Made by a program: the position numbers and the translations under genes
Part shown: positions 36,576 through 48,390 of the stretch, piece by piece
Position numbering within the stretch: position 1 is the stretch's first letter
Layout: each line of letters starts with the position of its first letter
Source: Amphiscolops sp. MND2022
Taxonomy: Eukaryota
NCBI GenBank assembly: GCA_964187785.1
Contig: OZ076413.1
Span: 46,998,001-47,062,000 of the forward strand
Direction: 5' to 3'
DNA: 64,000 nt
The notes under the pieces: generated by a model
Told to the model about the DNA's origin: nothing
Database searches by the model: none
The model's input: only the letters and a program-made list of their open reading frames with translations

Positions 36576-36745
36576 AGCAGTGAAGAACATTTACATACCT
36601 GTTTACCAAGATGAAAAAAGTAAACGTTTGGTTCTGAAAGTCTTTTTCAAAATAAAAATGTGTTTTATTTTATAAATATATTTAATTCTTTAACTGTGCT
36701 TTTATATTTCATCTTACATGTGAATCATGGCCAGCAAATAGTGGC

Positions 36746-38325
36746 ATCTCGGAATTAATGGTAACATTTGGAGTCTGATAAAAAATTTCTTAGAAGAGCG
36801 AAAATTCTACATTCGAATTGAAGGCTTCAGAAGTGCTGAGTTCAAATCAGTCGTTGGTCTACCACAAGGGTCAGTTCTCTCTCCTGTACTTTTCAATATT
36901 TTTGTATTTGATATGTGCTGCGACATATTTGGACGAAGTTTTAAATACGCTGGCGATCTCACCATCCTCTCATCTGGACTCAACGCCGCACGGGCCCTAG
37001 AAGTAATGCAAGGAAACATCGAAGTTCTGGCTACATGGCTAAACAACTGGAGAATGCTATGGTCTCTGACCAAAACTAAAGCTATGATTCTTGACAAAAA
37101 GACAACCATAATTGAAGCCCAAACCGGCCTGATCTTTGAAGGACACCAAATAAAAATCACCGATGCAGTGAAGGTACTTGGAGTCATCATCGATGACAAA
37201 CTGAGCTTTGGCCAGCAATACACTGCAGCAACCAACGGAGCAATACAAACATTCGAAAGCATCAAAAGAAGTTATTTGAGCAACAAATCGATTAGCCCCA
37301 ACACTTTCAAGACTCTATGTCAGTCCATAGTTGTTCCTAAATGGACATATTTAGCCTTCATTTGGGGTAACCGTGAAAAGTTCCGAAACTCCCAACTCTG
37401 GGCAGAAATTGTAAACCTTTCAACCTGTTCGACATACAATCCGAAGAAGGAGCTGTTAGAATTGATCGGAAATAACGTGCCCATTGATATTCAAATTGCA
37501 ACACATGGGGCAAAATTCGCAATCAAAGTGAGCCAGCAAAACCAAGACGATCGCGTTTACTGCCTTTTTAATAACAGCAACTCATCCATCATCAAGAAGT
37601 TAATTGCCGATAGCAGAAGGTTTGGCTCACCCCTGTATTACAGTCAGGAATCAATGAAGGAGTCAACTTACAGAAGATGGAACGACCGAGTTAGAAACTT
37701 GAATCTGTCTGGATACACTGGATTAAAAGCCAAAATTGAAGGAGTGTTACCCAAACATTTGAGTAAAGCTCATACTGGACGAATGGTGCAACTATTGACA
37801 GAGCATAGCAACCTAGGGTATTTCCAATTTTTGATAGGAAGATGTTTCTCACCAGTGTGAACATGTTTGATTGCAGAAGAAACAACTGCTCATTTCCTTT
37901 ACCGATGTCCTTTTTATTCAAATCTACGCCGCCTTGAACCACCCAAGAAATTGGAGGAATTGTTAGAAAGCTGTAAGTGGGAGAATTGGAAATCCACTCT
38001 ATGTTTCGTGGAGCTTTCGCAACGCCTCGACAAAGCAAAATAGAGCAGTGAAGAACATTTACATACCTGTTTACCAAGATGAAAAAAGTAAACGTTTGGT
38101 TCTGAAAGTCTTTTTCAAAATAAAACTGTGTTTTATTTTATAATTATATTTAATTCTTTAACTGTGCTTTTATATTTCATCTTACATGTGAATCATGGCC
38201 AGCAAATAGTGGCATCTTACCTACAAATTTCATTATTTGTACGTTAGAGTAATATATGTATATATAAATAGTGGCATCTTACCTACAAATTTCATTATTT
38301 GTACGTTAGAGTAATATATATATTA
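36746..38325 (+). mobile_element. Tandem duplicate of the LINE 3' part (no solo LTR), ending in a ~62-bp repeat x2
   Basis: Copy of 34245-34984 plus 36018-36745; junction microhomology ATCT; YAGD; stop at 37858; AAATAGTGGCATCTTACCTAC.. repeated within 38204-38325. Confidence 0.92.
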
Positions 38326-38429
38326 ACAAAAATTCGAAAGTTTTTCTGAGTTCAGTGACGAATCAAGAAAAAAAGGAAAATCGCGAAATGTGAATTTTCA
38401 TTTGAATAGATGGGGGAATTTGAATGGAT

Positions 38430-40440
38430 GGGGAATAAGATCTAAAGAGTAAGATCTAAAATAAGATCTAAATTGTGACATGCTCATCCTCCGAAAGGGG
38501 AATAAGGTCTAAGATGCATTGATTCAGATCTTATTCCCTTTAGATCTTATTCCCGTCCTGAAATTTGGGGAAACGGAAATCGGACTAAAGAAATTGAACT
38601 AATGGAATTAGGACTAACATGCTCAAAATTTCTGAAACGTTCATGTGAAATAGAACTAATTTCGTATTTTCTCAAACAGGAATTAGAACTAATTTGTTAA
38701 TCCAAAAGCTATTGCAGATAACCAACAACCTTTAGTGCTGTATTATGTAATTTTTTGATTTTGAATTTTTGTTTTAAATTCTCTCTCGTTACTGTAAAAC
38801 AGAAGATGATTTCTTTTTTAGTTACTTACCAATTTTGAACAAATTGGATATTTTGATAAATTTGAAACATATAGTAAATGAATGATTTGTCAGATTTACT
38901 CTGATGTTGAAATTCAACTTCTTCTTCTTTAACTAATTTGTTACTGGAATTGGAACTAAAAACAGGAATTAGAACTAATTTGTTACAGGATTTGGAACTA
39001 AAAAAAGTAGGAATAAGACCTAAAATGCGAATGAGACCCAAGGGGAGAACGGAATAGTATCTAAAGGAATAATATCTAAAGTTTTTCAAAGTATAAAACG
39101 TGCCTTTGATATTTCCCCATTTCTTCTAGCGCCCCGCGGCCCCTTGGGGCCGCTTATGTTCTCGTCTTGCTAAGCGAGGTCGAACAGGAGCAAAGACCTA
39201 GCGGGAACGGAGATCGCGAAGCGATCGTAGTGGGAGCTGGTCTTTGCGACGGTGAGGGCGAGCGTGCATACACCGAATATGCCCCGAATTTAGAAGGGGA
39301 CAGTACTGAAAATTTTGTGAGACATTTACGAAAGGTAAAATTTTATTCGTGAATGAAATGATTTGAGATCTGACACTTTTATAAAATCAATAGAAGGAAG
39401 AAAATAATGACTGTATTAATTTTATGTTGATCAATTGTATTACGTTACTTTTGTACTACTTTCAATGAGGTATAAGTCATTTCCTACTTTCATGTTCCAC
39501 GTTTCCAATTTGAATTTTGTACCATGTTTTTATCCGCTTCTGCGTTTTTTTGTTGTACCACTTTTATGTTGGATGTTTACAATTGAACATGTCGTGATTT
39601 TGTCAATTTGATCTACGTAATTGCAATTTTTCCGTGCCAAAAGTTGTTTTAGTCCTACTTCCATTAGTTCTAAGGCGGCACTAAAAAAGAATTAGTCCTA
39701 TTTCCATTAGTCCTATTTCAGTTTTGATTATTAGTCCTATTTCATTAGTCCGGATTCCTGTCTCCCCTGAAATTTTAGATCTTATTCCCTTTAGATCTTT
39801 TTTCCTTTTTTTGATTTTAGATATTCCTTAGATCTTATTCCCCCCTTTAAATTTGAATTTGAATTTGAAATTCAAATTCAAACGCGAATTGTGGGCACAA
39901 ACTACGGTCTAAGGAATAAGATCGAAACGCACTTCTGTAACTAAGATCTAAAGAACTAAGATCTAAATGTCATTTTTCGTAACTAAGATCTAGAGAATGC
40001 CAGCTCCAGAATCGTAACAAAAGTCTAATTTTTAGACGTTATTCCCTTTTTTAGACATTATTCCCATTATTTGGATGTTATTCCCAATTTGGAATTGATT
40101 TGAAGTATAAAACGTGCCTTGGATATGTCCCCTTTTCCGCTAGTGCTCCGCGGCCCCTTGGGACCGCTTATGTTCCCATCTTGCTAAGGGAGGTCGAACA
40201 GGAGCAAAGACCTGGCTGGAACGGAGATCACGAAGCACAACATATACCCCCACATTATGATATTTTCGCTTTCAGAAAGTCCATATGTATTGAATTTCCC
40301 TTTTTGTTTGTTTCGATGAACCAGTGAACATGTCCTTCGCATTTTAGACTTTAGTTACGGTGCATGCTTTTTAGATCTTAGTTCTTTAGATCTTTGTTAC
40401 GAAAACTCTTTAGATCTTATTCCTTAGGTCTTAGTATCGG
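38430..40440. repeat. Cluster of foldback repeats built from GGGAATAAGATCTAAA / TTTAGATCTTATTCCC
   Basis: Motif repeated in both orientations; same family at 63665-64000. Confidence 0.8.
38567..39767. mobile_element. Non-autonomous TIR element (Mutator/Merlin-like MITE) nested in a GGGAATAAGATCTAAA repeat element
   Basis: Imperfect TIRs GGGGAAACGGAAATCGGACTAA / TTAGTCCGGATTCCTGTCTCCCC; TSD (C)TGAAATTT, 8-10 bp ambiguous; empty site seen at 63961-63990; partial copy at 40459-40590. Confidence 0.75.
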
Positions 40441-40734
40441 TCCCCGGAGGACGGAATCGGGAAACGGAAATCGGACTAAAGAAATAGAACTAATGGAATT
40501 AGGACTAACATGCTCAAAATTTCTGAAACGTTCATGTGAAATAGATCTAATTTCGTATTTTATCAAACAGGAATTAGAACTAATTTGTTAGATCTTTTCC
40601 CGTTTTTTAGTCGGAGCTTTTCGTAGAAGACGCAGACTATAGCACTGGCTTTTTTAAGACCAACGAAGTGACAGATTTTATAAGCTGTTGCTTCCCCTAA
40701 CTGCCACACTAATTTTGTAACTTCTACTGCCACT

Positions 40735-40805
40735 TGGCGTAGAGGTCAATCAGGATTTATCGAGGTCTGAGAAACAGAAGGATTAGTGGGTTCGAGTCGC
40801 GCCCT
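40735..40805 (+). repeat. tRNA-derived SINE-like head
   Basis: A-box-like TGGCGTAGAGG and B-box GGTTCGAGTC; no convincing cloverleaf. Confidence 0.45.
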
Positions 40806-40839
40806 TAACCAAAAATTTTTGTTGTTCATGTTATTTCGG

Positions 40840-41213
40840 CTTTTTGAGACTGTCTTCGCCATTTTTTTTAATGTCTCCAAAGGGTCTCCCTTCATTTTTC
40901 TGATATTTAGCAACAGAATGGGTGTTCAAAAATTCCAAAGGGTCCCCCCTTTTACATTTTTCGGCACTATGCGTTTTACCGGAGACTTCAAGAAAAAATC
41001 AGAAAATTTTTTCCTCATTTTTTAGTTTTTTGAGAGGTTTTGTTATCTCCAGTTGTGGAAAAAGTGGCTTTCGAGTCTTATGCGTATCCCTTGAGGTATA
41101 AGTTGGCACTGTAAAATTGATGAAATATCAACAAAAGTGTACTTTTGCATATGTAAAAAACTACTTTTTTGAACCTTGAGCGGGGCGCCGACTCGGGCCG
41201 CTCCCGGCTTGTT
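40840..41213 (+). repeat. Interspersed repeat ending GGCGCCGACT(C/T)GG...CCCGGCTTGTT (other copies end ~43336 and ~44843; inverted copy at 49254-49550), possibly Helentron/DINE-like
   Basis: Shared terminal motif and internal TTTTCGGCACTATGCG repeats; class assignment is inference. Confidence 0.6.
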
Positions 41214-41472
41214 GATTTTTAGATCTTATTATGTACTCCCAATACCAATTATTGATAATTTTATCTTAATTTTTTTTTTTCATTTTGTACTAATACAATT
41301 TTCATTCCTCATTTTTCATTTGTTAATAGTCTCAGCTATTCTCTATATTTCCACATGCGTTCTTTTGTATTGCGCAGCGTTTTCGGTAGAGTGCTGATTT
41401 TACTTACATCCCAGGAGCATCGCAAAAATAGTTGGAGTCATTTCAACAAATTATTTTCATTTGTTCGTTAAT

Positions 41473-41830
41473 CAGAGTTGTGACACCGCTAATCAGCGAT
41501 TTAGCGAATTAGCAGCCGCGCAGGATTTTTTCAGCGATTTCACTAGCGATTCAAATTAGCGCCATGTAATAGGTTGTCCAAATTCAAAATTCCCTAGGAA
41601 AATACAAGGAGTTTCAAAATGAATTTCGAAAAATTCCTACTCTTACACCTGTAAAACTCACACAGAAACTTTTGTCTTTTTTGAAAAAAAATGAATTAAG
41701 TTATCATAGGTTTTGAAACATACTTGAAATCAAGCATTTAATAGTTTGAAGAAAAAGTTTTTCCAGCGAAATAGCGATTTTGAAATTAGCGGTTTAGCGA
41801 TTAGCGAAAAAAAGCGATGTCAAAACTCTG
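41473..41830. mobile_element. hAT-type MITE (358 bp)
   Basis: TIRs CAGAGTTGTGACACCGCT / AGCGATGTCAAAACTCTG (16/18 match); 8-bp TSD TCGTTAAT at 41465-41472 and 41831-41838; subterminal TAGCG repeats. Confidence 0.9.
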
Positions 41831-41913
41831 TCGTTAATGCACTTTTTCAGATTGACACTCAATTTTGATTGATGCTGCTTTGAAACTAGATAGATTTCCT
41901 TTTCACCGGAAGT

Positions 41914-42031
41914 ATGAGATCGAAATATTTCACACCGGCGGAAGTGAGCGCCCACAGCACTCTGAAGGATCTCTGGGTGTCCTATTTGGGAAAAGTTTAC
42001 GACTTAACCCCCTTAGCTGTTTCCCATCAAG
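41914..42031 (+). CDS. CYB5D1: Cytochrome b5 domain-containing protein 1, exon 1
   Basis: [40 protein letters not shown] then GT donor; typical CYB5D1 N-terminus; not in the ORF track. Confidence 0.92.
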
Positions 42032-42499
42032 GTTTGGTTGGTTTTCCAATACTATAATTAAGAAAACCTTGCCACTGCCTTATATGTCTTTCCAGAAGAA
42101 ACCTTACAATAAAATCAACTTAGCAAATTACATTTCTGACTGTATTTGAACAGTTTATACTTCTAAGACTGTCTAAAAGCAATCGGATATAAGAAATGGA
42201 ACGTAACCGGTTAATTAATGCTTGCAATGGATACCTTTTTCAAACCGATGTTTCTTTTGATTAGTTTCATTCAGGGAAAGGCTTTGAAGTGGATCTAAAT
42301 TAGTTTTGAATCATTGAAAAGTGAAAAATCGATTCTTTCGAATTTCTCACGATTTATATGTCTGGCTAAAGCGAAGCACTTCTTGTGAACTCGAATGTTG
42401 TTTTTATGCGAGTTTCACGTATTTACTGAGATTTGTATTTTTTTCTGACAAGGGAATAGTACAAGTTATTTAAGATGAAACGTTGTTTCAATGTTTAAG

Positions 42500-42576
42500 G
42501 AGACGTGTTGTTGAAACCCATAGCACTTGCTGGCGGCTCTGACATCTCTCATTGGTTCAACAGGAAAACGAGAGAC
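42500..42576 (+). CDS. CYB5D1: CYB5D1 exon 2
   Basis: AG acceptor, (G)DVLLKPIALAGGSDISHWFNRKTRD, GTAAGT donor; phases 1/0 are consistent with the neighbouring exons. Confidence 0.93.
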
Positions 42577-43657
42577 GTAAGTTCACTTTGTGTATCACAT
42601 TCTTGCATCTCATTCTGCAGGAATGGTATCGTATAAACTTCCAATTGAAGCCTGCCCTTGAATATAGGCCGCATTCGGTAGGTCCATCCACATTGAAAGC
42701 CGCTCCGAATAGATTTAACCTCAATTTCCTTTTTAGTCGGCGTTTTCGAAGAAAATGCACGACTCTTACAGTGGCTAGTTTTTTTTTCGTCAGTTCAACG
42801 CGATCGGTCCACTTTTTCTGTTCATTCAGACTTTTTCTGTTCAGACATTCAGAAGCTTCAGACTTTCAGAAGGAGAACGTAGGGTTCGAGTTTCGCACTA
42901 AAGCACAAGTTTTTTAATGTTTCCAAAAGTAGAGGGTCCCCTCTTTGGATTTTTTTCGGCACTATGCGACTTTTTCCAAAAAATTTTGAATTCTATCAAA
43001 GGGTATGAAGTTGTCCCTGTGAAGTTGTTCTATGAAGTTGTCGGTTTGTAAAAAACGTTTAATGAGCCTAAACGGTCTCTTTTTGGGTTTTTCGGCATTA
43101 TGCAACTTTTTTTACCAAATACTTTTTTGAAAAAAAATTAATTTTTCTCAAAGGTAAATTAGTTTTTTCTGATGTTTCCAGTGCAGAAAAAAAAACTGTT
43201 TTCGAGTTTCGGGGAAAACCCTTTCGGGATATTTCGGCACTGTGTGATAAATGAAAAATTTCACAATAGGCTGAGTTTTTCCTTGAATATCATTGAGCCT
43301 TAGATAGGACGCCGACTTGGGTCGTTCCCGGCTTGTTTTTCAGACTGTACTATGCGACTATTCTAATTTGTTTTCCTCGAAAGCCCCCTCGATTTTCACT
43401 AGGAACAAAGCGTTTTGCGAGCATAGAGGACTCCTTAGAGTTTCGGCACTATGCGACTTATCGGAAACAATTTTTGGAAAGAAATATCAAAAACTTTTCG
43501 AAAAATTTTTCAACCTCAATTTTTCTTCGTGTTTTGAAGTTAGGTTTTTGCACATGACGAAGTCAATGTGCATTGCAGTCCAGCTAAGTAATTTTTTTCC
43601 ACTATAGTCAACTTCATAATGAGCGCCTTGTAGAAAAAAAGCCAAAAAGCCAAAACC

Positions 43658-43660
<3 letters not shown>

Positions 43661-43731
<71 letters not shown>

Positions 43732-44343
43732 CGCTTAATTACTATACCATATAAAAAAGAAACAACTTATTTGGTACAGTAGGCGTAGTAATTAAATGAA
43801 ATTAAAATAAAGTAGCACTTTTGAACTATTGGAGAAGTTGGAAGCCATGCCAAATATGGTTCTTATAAAAAGTTGGCCAGTCTTTGTAAAGTTGTAGCAT
43901 GTGTTCTTTGATAAGTTTCTTCCATTTTTCTCTCTTGTATTTGATTGTTCTCAGTTCAATGGGTAAGGAATTCCAACTTCTCACACAGGTATAAAAGAAG
44001 GCTCCATGAAGAAACTTACTAGAACCAGGCTCTTTCAATATAATTTTTTTGCTTCTGTCATGAATTCGAAAACTCATTGTTGGGAGTTTAAGATGATTCT
44101 GAAAAGCTGACCTTTCGTTTTTGAGAATCGAATGTAATAAGTCAAATGATTTCAAGTCAATTCTTTGTTTCATACTTAAAATTCCTTCAGATATTCTCAA
44201 AGAGGTTGAGCATTTGTTTCTAGATCTGTAGAATACGGTTTCAAGAGCCCAATTCAGTTGTTTCTCTAAAGAAAGTAAAAGAGATTCGAACCTGCAGCCT
44301 CCCGATTGCACGGCATAAGTGTTGACCACTGTGCCATAGGAAC
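43661..44343 (-). mobile_element. LINE 3' end (CR1/L2-group-like) with (TC)n tail, preceded by a tRNA-like head; in CYB5D1 intron 2
   Basis: (GA)n at 43661-43731; ORF with FFYTCVRSWNSLP; minus-strand TGGCACAGTGGT and GGTTCGAATC boxes at 44281-44340. Confidence 0.7.
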
Positions 44344-46056
44344 GTTATTGAACAAAGTTGAACTGTTGAATATATACGCATGCGATTGAAATAATATATA
44401 TACGCATATTAAAATAATCGATGTCTTCGTCATGTGTTGCGAAGCACCGCTTCGCCTCTGTGTCTAAATTTATATCCACCAATAACAATAATTTTTGTCA
44501 ATACTATCCGAATTTTGACATATTCCTACGTACCTTGTGTTCCAATAAAGAGAGGTCGCAGATCGAAAATATTGCGCTATATCCGAATTATAATGTAAGT
44601 ATCCGAATTTATCGTAAGTAAATTGTGTTCTCCAAAGAGGAGGCCGAGGATCAATAAAAGCGCTCCCACGTGACCCAGCAAGCAGTACTCCGAACGTTTG
44701 AAGCGTTTTCCGAGCACGAAAGCACACGTTGGGTGTTTTGACACTTTTTTGAGTTTTTCATGAAAAATTTCTTGGGCATTTTTTTGAAACTTTGCAATGT
44801 TTGAGCCTTAAGTATAGCGCCGACTTTAGACGTCCCCACTTGTTTGTGTTTACATCGATTTTGCCGTCCTAAAAAGCTCTGAAAGGTTAATTCTACTTCT
44901 TTTTTGAAAGCGAAATAGATCAACGAATTTATGTTTTGTCATAGTCTACCAGTTTTGTATGCTTAAGAACTTCATGACGCCGTATATTAGATAGCTATTT
45001 AACGATTTTCTGATTTTTCAATGGAAGTTTTATGGATATTGTTTAAATTATTTCTGCGATAGCAAGAGAAACATTGATATCTGAATTATTGAACTTTTTT
45101 CAGTTCAATTTTTGTCGTGATTACGAGTACCTACTGAAAAATTCAGATATTTTGTTCAGCAGTGAGTATAAGCGTGAGATTTAAATTTCTCAAGTTGCGG
45201 AAAACAATTCATTTCTCGTGCGATGGAACGAGCGAGTGGAAGTTATGCTTTTGTAGGCCGAGGTATGAGATGAAGCGAACGAGTGTTAATTGTTCGTTGG
45301 ACGAGAGCTTCGCATGCATTCAAATGCAAATGCGAAACTTCGTCTACGCTTAGTAGTTATATTTTTTAGTCCGAGAAGAATTAAAGTCGGTGTAAACTGG
45401 TAGTGATTAATTGTGCTATATAAATTATCAAGATCTGCTTCTATTATTAAACATGAAAGCCTAAAACCAGAAATAATACTGTGCCCCGTTGAGGCCTATT
45501 TCCCAGAAAGAGAATCTCATCAGTTGAGCTAATTTATTCAACAATTGTTATTTTTGAACATGAGTATCAACCTCAGTTATTCCCTCGTGGTTTTGTTTCA
45601 TGACGTTTTCAAGGTTCCCAGAATTTTTTAAACCTTTCGGTTCCAGCAGCAAACAATTTCTACTGAACAAAATTTATAACGAAAAGTATAACAAAATTAT
45701 CACATGTGTCACACTCTTTCGTCATATCAACAACATATCCGCTGCACTGAAATTTTCTACAATGGTGCCCATTGATTACCGGAGCAAAGTTAGTGAAGAT
45801 TTCAAAAAGAAACTAGGAAAGCTGTAACCCGGATCTTCACTTTATTTCGTTTCCACTAAGTCCAGAAGCAAACTCGTTTCTTTGAAGGCCCCGATTCCAC
45901 CGCGATAATACGAGAGAGTTTTGGGTATTATCGCTAATTTTAGGTATCAGACAGTACGAGGGTTGAGTCTTGATATGAATTGCAAAAATCATCCGAAGTC
46001 GCGATCAGTCCATTTCATTTTTTGATACAAAGTATTGCTTTGTTGCAATTTTGCAG

Positions 46057-46275
46057 ATCAAGACCTACATAGACCCTGTGACTACATGTGAACAGTATTA
46101 CACCCCGAACGGGCGCTTCATCCACGTACCCCCTCCATTCCCGACAGACGACTGGGCCAACGACTTCGGGCGCCCCTGGTGGAAGGACGACAAGTACTGT
46201 GTCGGCATCCTCTCGCACAAGACCCGTAGAATCAAGGTGATCAACACCCTCACCTCCCAAGATGTCATTGTCGAG
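46057..46275 (+). CDS. CYB5D1: CYB5D1 exon 3
   Basis: TTGCAG acceptor; [46 protein letters not shown] donor. Confidence 0.95.
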
Positions 46276-48159
46276 GTTATTATCATGCGTTGCGGCTTAT
46301 ATGTTTTATCATCATCAAAGGGTTTTCCAAGCACCAGATTACATCTAAATATAGTAATCAGAACAGTGCTATCTGGGAACAGTTAGCGGTAAACGGGACC
46401 CGCGACTGCCAGCTCATGTCAATATAATTGATGCCTCTATCAATTGTGGATAAATTTTCAGGAGTGCCGAATAATCGGATGTCTCAATCAATTGCATAGA
46501 AGCCTTTCAAGAAGATGTACATTCACAATTTAGGGTACTTTTTGGAAAGTTTTGGTTTTACTAACAATTTCAGATTCAATATTCAAAGTTTGAGGGTTGC
46601 TCTTCTAAAATGGGCGGTAGAACTGTAGAAAATCGGATAGGGAATGAATTGCCGATACCAGTCTCAGGTCATTCTCTCACTTCCACAGTCTTTCCGTCAA
46701 TGAAGGAAAAGTACGTCTCATTTTCCGGGGGACGATGGGTATTGGGGCGAGCGGTAAAAATTAAGATGTATCTGAAATTCGGAGCCTGCTTCGTGATATT
46801 TTGTTGTTCAAAGTTAGTTGCTTGAAATGAAGCGAGATGTTTAGAGGTTCCAAGTAGCTTTTGTATTGGCATCGCGGCAACTCATATTATATATTTTGAA
46901 AAGTGATGGTTCATATCAATAGGAAAATCAACAACACACCAGGTTTGTCAAAAGGCTACAAGCAGCCAAAGTAGACTACAAAAACATTCGGAATCATTGA
47001 ACATTTTTATGCGTTCCACCCAAGTTTATTTTCTCTCTGCAAACCTTTTAAAAATGTGTAGTGGAATGATTTTCGAATGCGACGATAATTTCTATCAAAT
47101 CGCCATGCGATATAGTGTTCAATGATTTCTAATCAATATGTTAATTTCCCCAAATTTCTCTAAATTTCGATTGATATGAGTTTTTGCCTGATATGAATTG
47201 TTGCTCGAATAAATTAAGGTGACTTGTATTCTAACCTAGAAGTGTAGTATGTGGAAGCAGCTTCATTGGGTCATCATCTTTTTACCATTGTTGAGTAGGC
47301 TGGAGTGTTAAAATACCAAAAAGAATTAGGACAGGTCTTGATTATTGTTGAGATGGTTTCATCTACCATCTGATGTTTGTTTATCTAGCTTTCGTGGCAT
47401 CTAGATGAGGAGAATTTAATGGACATAGCCCGAAATTTTTTTTTGGAAATGATAATTATTCATATTTTTTTAAAAGATTTTCAAAAGAATTTTCGCAGTT
47501 GCTGAAGTATTGCTGAGCCCTAAAGTGCCCTTTCTGGTATTAAACGCATTCCCCCAAAACAGCAGAGAACTTGCAGTGCCACTGGGCCTCATGTGTGATA
47601 TACCTCTTAGAGAATTGGGTAATAACCCTCTAAGAGAGTTATAACAAAAAAATGAGCCATTGTCAGCAAGTAATGAGACCTATTATTGACAGGAAACGAA
47701 CTCTAGTTTTGAACATTGCTTAATCGTTTGCTCAGAGCCTTGACTACTTCCAAAGGAGTGCATTCAAAAGGTCATTGTCTTTCACTAGTGTTCTTTTTTC
47801 ATTCAAATGAGGATTCTTCCCCTTCATTCAACTGACACAGTTAATTCTTCTAGATTGAGATGCTTTAAAGTAAACTTTATTTAACCGTTAGCAACCGATT
47901 TTCAGAATTCAAAAATTGTCATTATTTGAGAAACTTTCCTTGGATTGAAGGATTATTTCAGCGAATGTTCATAAAATGTGGTTTTAAACGAAAAAAAAAC
48001 ATGACTGAATGTAAATACGCATACTGAAAATCATTTGAAAAAAATTCCTTGATAATGTTACTAACTGAATTCCAACTGAATAATGTTACTAAGCCCTGAA
48101 GGCACCGATTTCAGAGATAAAAGTAGCAGCTGAAATTTTTCGTAATGTTTTCGCTTTAG

Positions 48160-48390
48160 GTGTGCTCAGAAGAGACCATGCTTGAGATCCTGCAGAGGTA
48201 CCTGAAGGAAAATTGCCACGCGGATTCTTACACGTGGAAGTACGCGGGAAGGAACCTGGACATGAACAAGACCCTGGAAGAGAACGGAGTGAAAGACGAT
48301 GACGAGGACTTTTACACCTGCAGAATAGACCAAGACCAATTCGTCCAGGCACTGCACCTCTACTTCAATGACGATCTGACCGAAAATTAG
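48160..48390 (+). CDS. CYB5D1: CYB5D1 exon 4 (last; protein 214 aa in total)
   Basis: TTTAG acceptor; [39 protein letters not shown]. Confidence 0.95.
   Translation: MCSEETMLEILQRYLKENCHADSYTWKYAGRNLDMNKTLEENGVKDDDEDFYTCRIDQDQFVQALHLYFNDDLTEN

Larger units (their letters stand above)
33870..36745 (+). mobile_element. 5'-truncated non-LTR retrotransposon (I/Jockey-group-like RT plus C-terminal CCHC), interrupted by a solo LTR
   Basis: SFRP, GKLMER, QEGF..RST, DLEKAFDSVW, PQGSVLSP, YAND (mutated YADD), LGVIID; stop at 34841; ORF2 end at 36575; A/T-rich 3' UTR. Confidence 0.92.
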
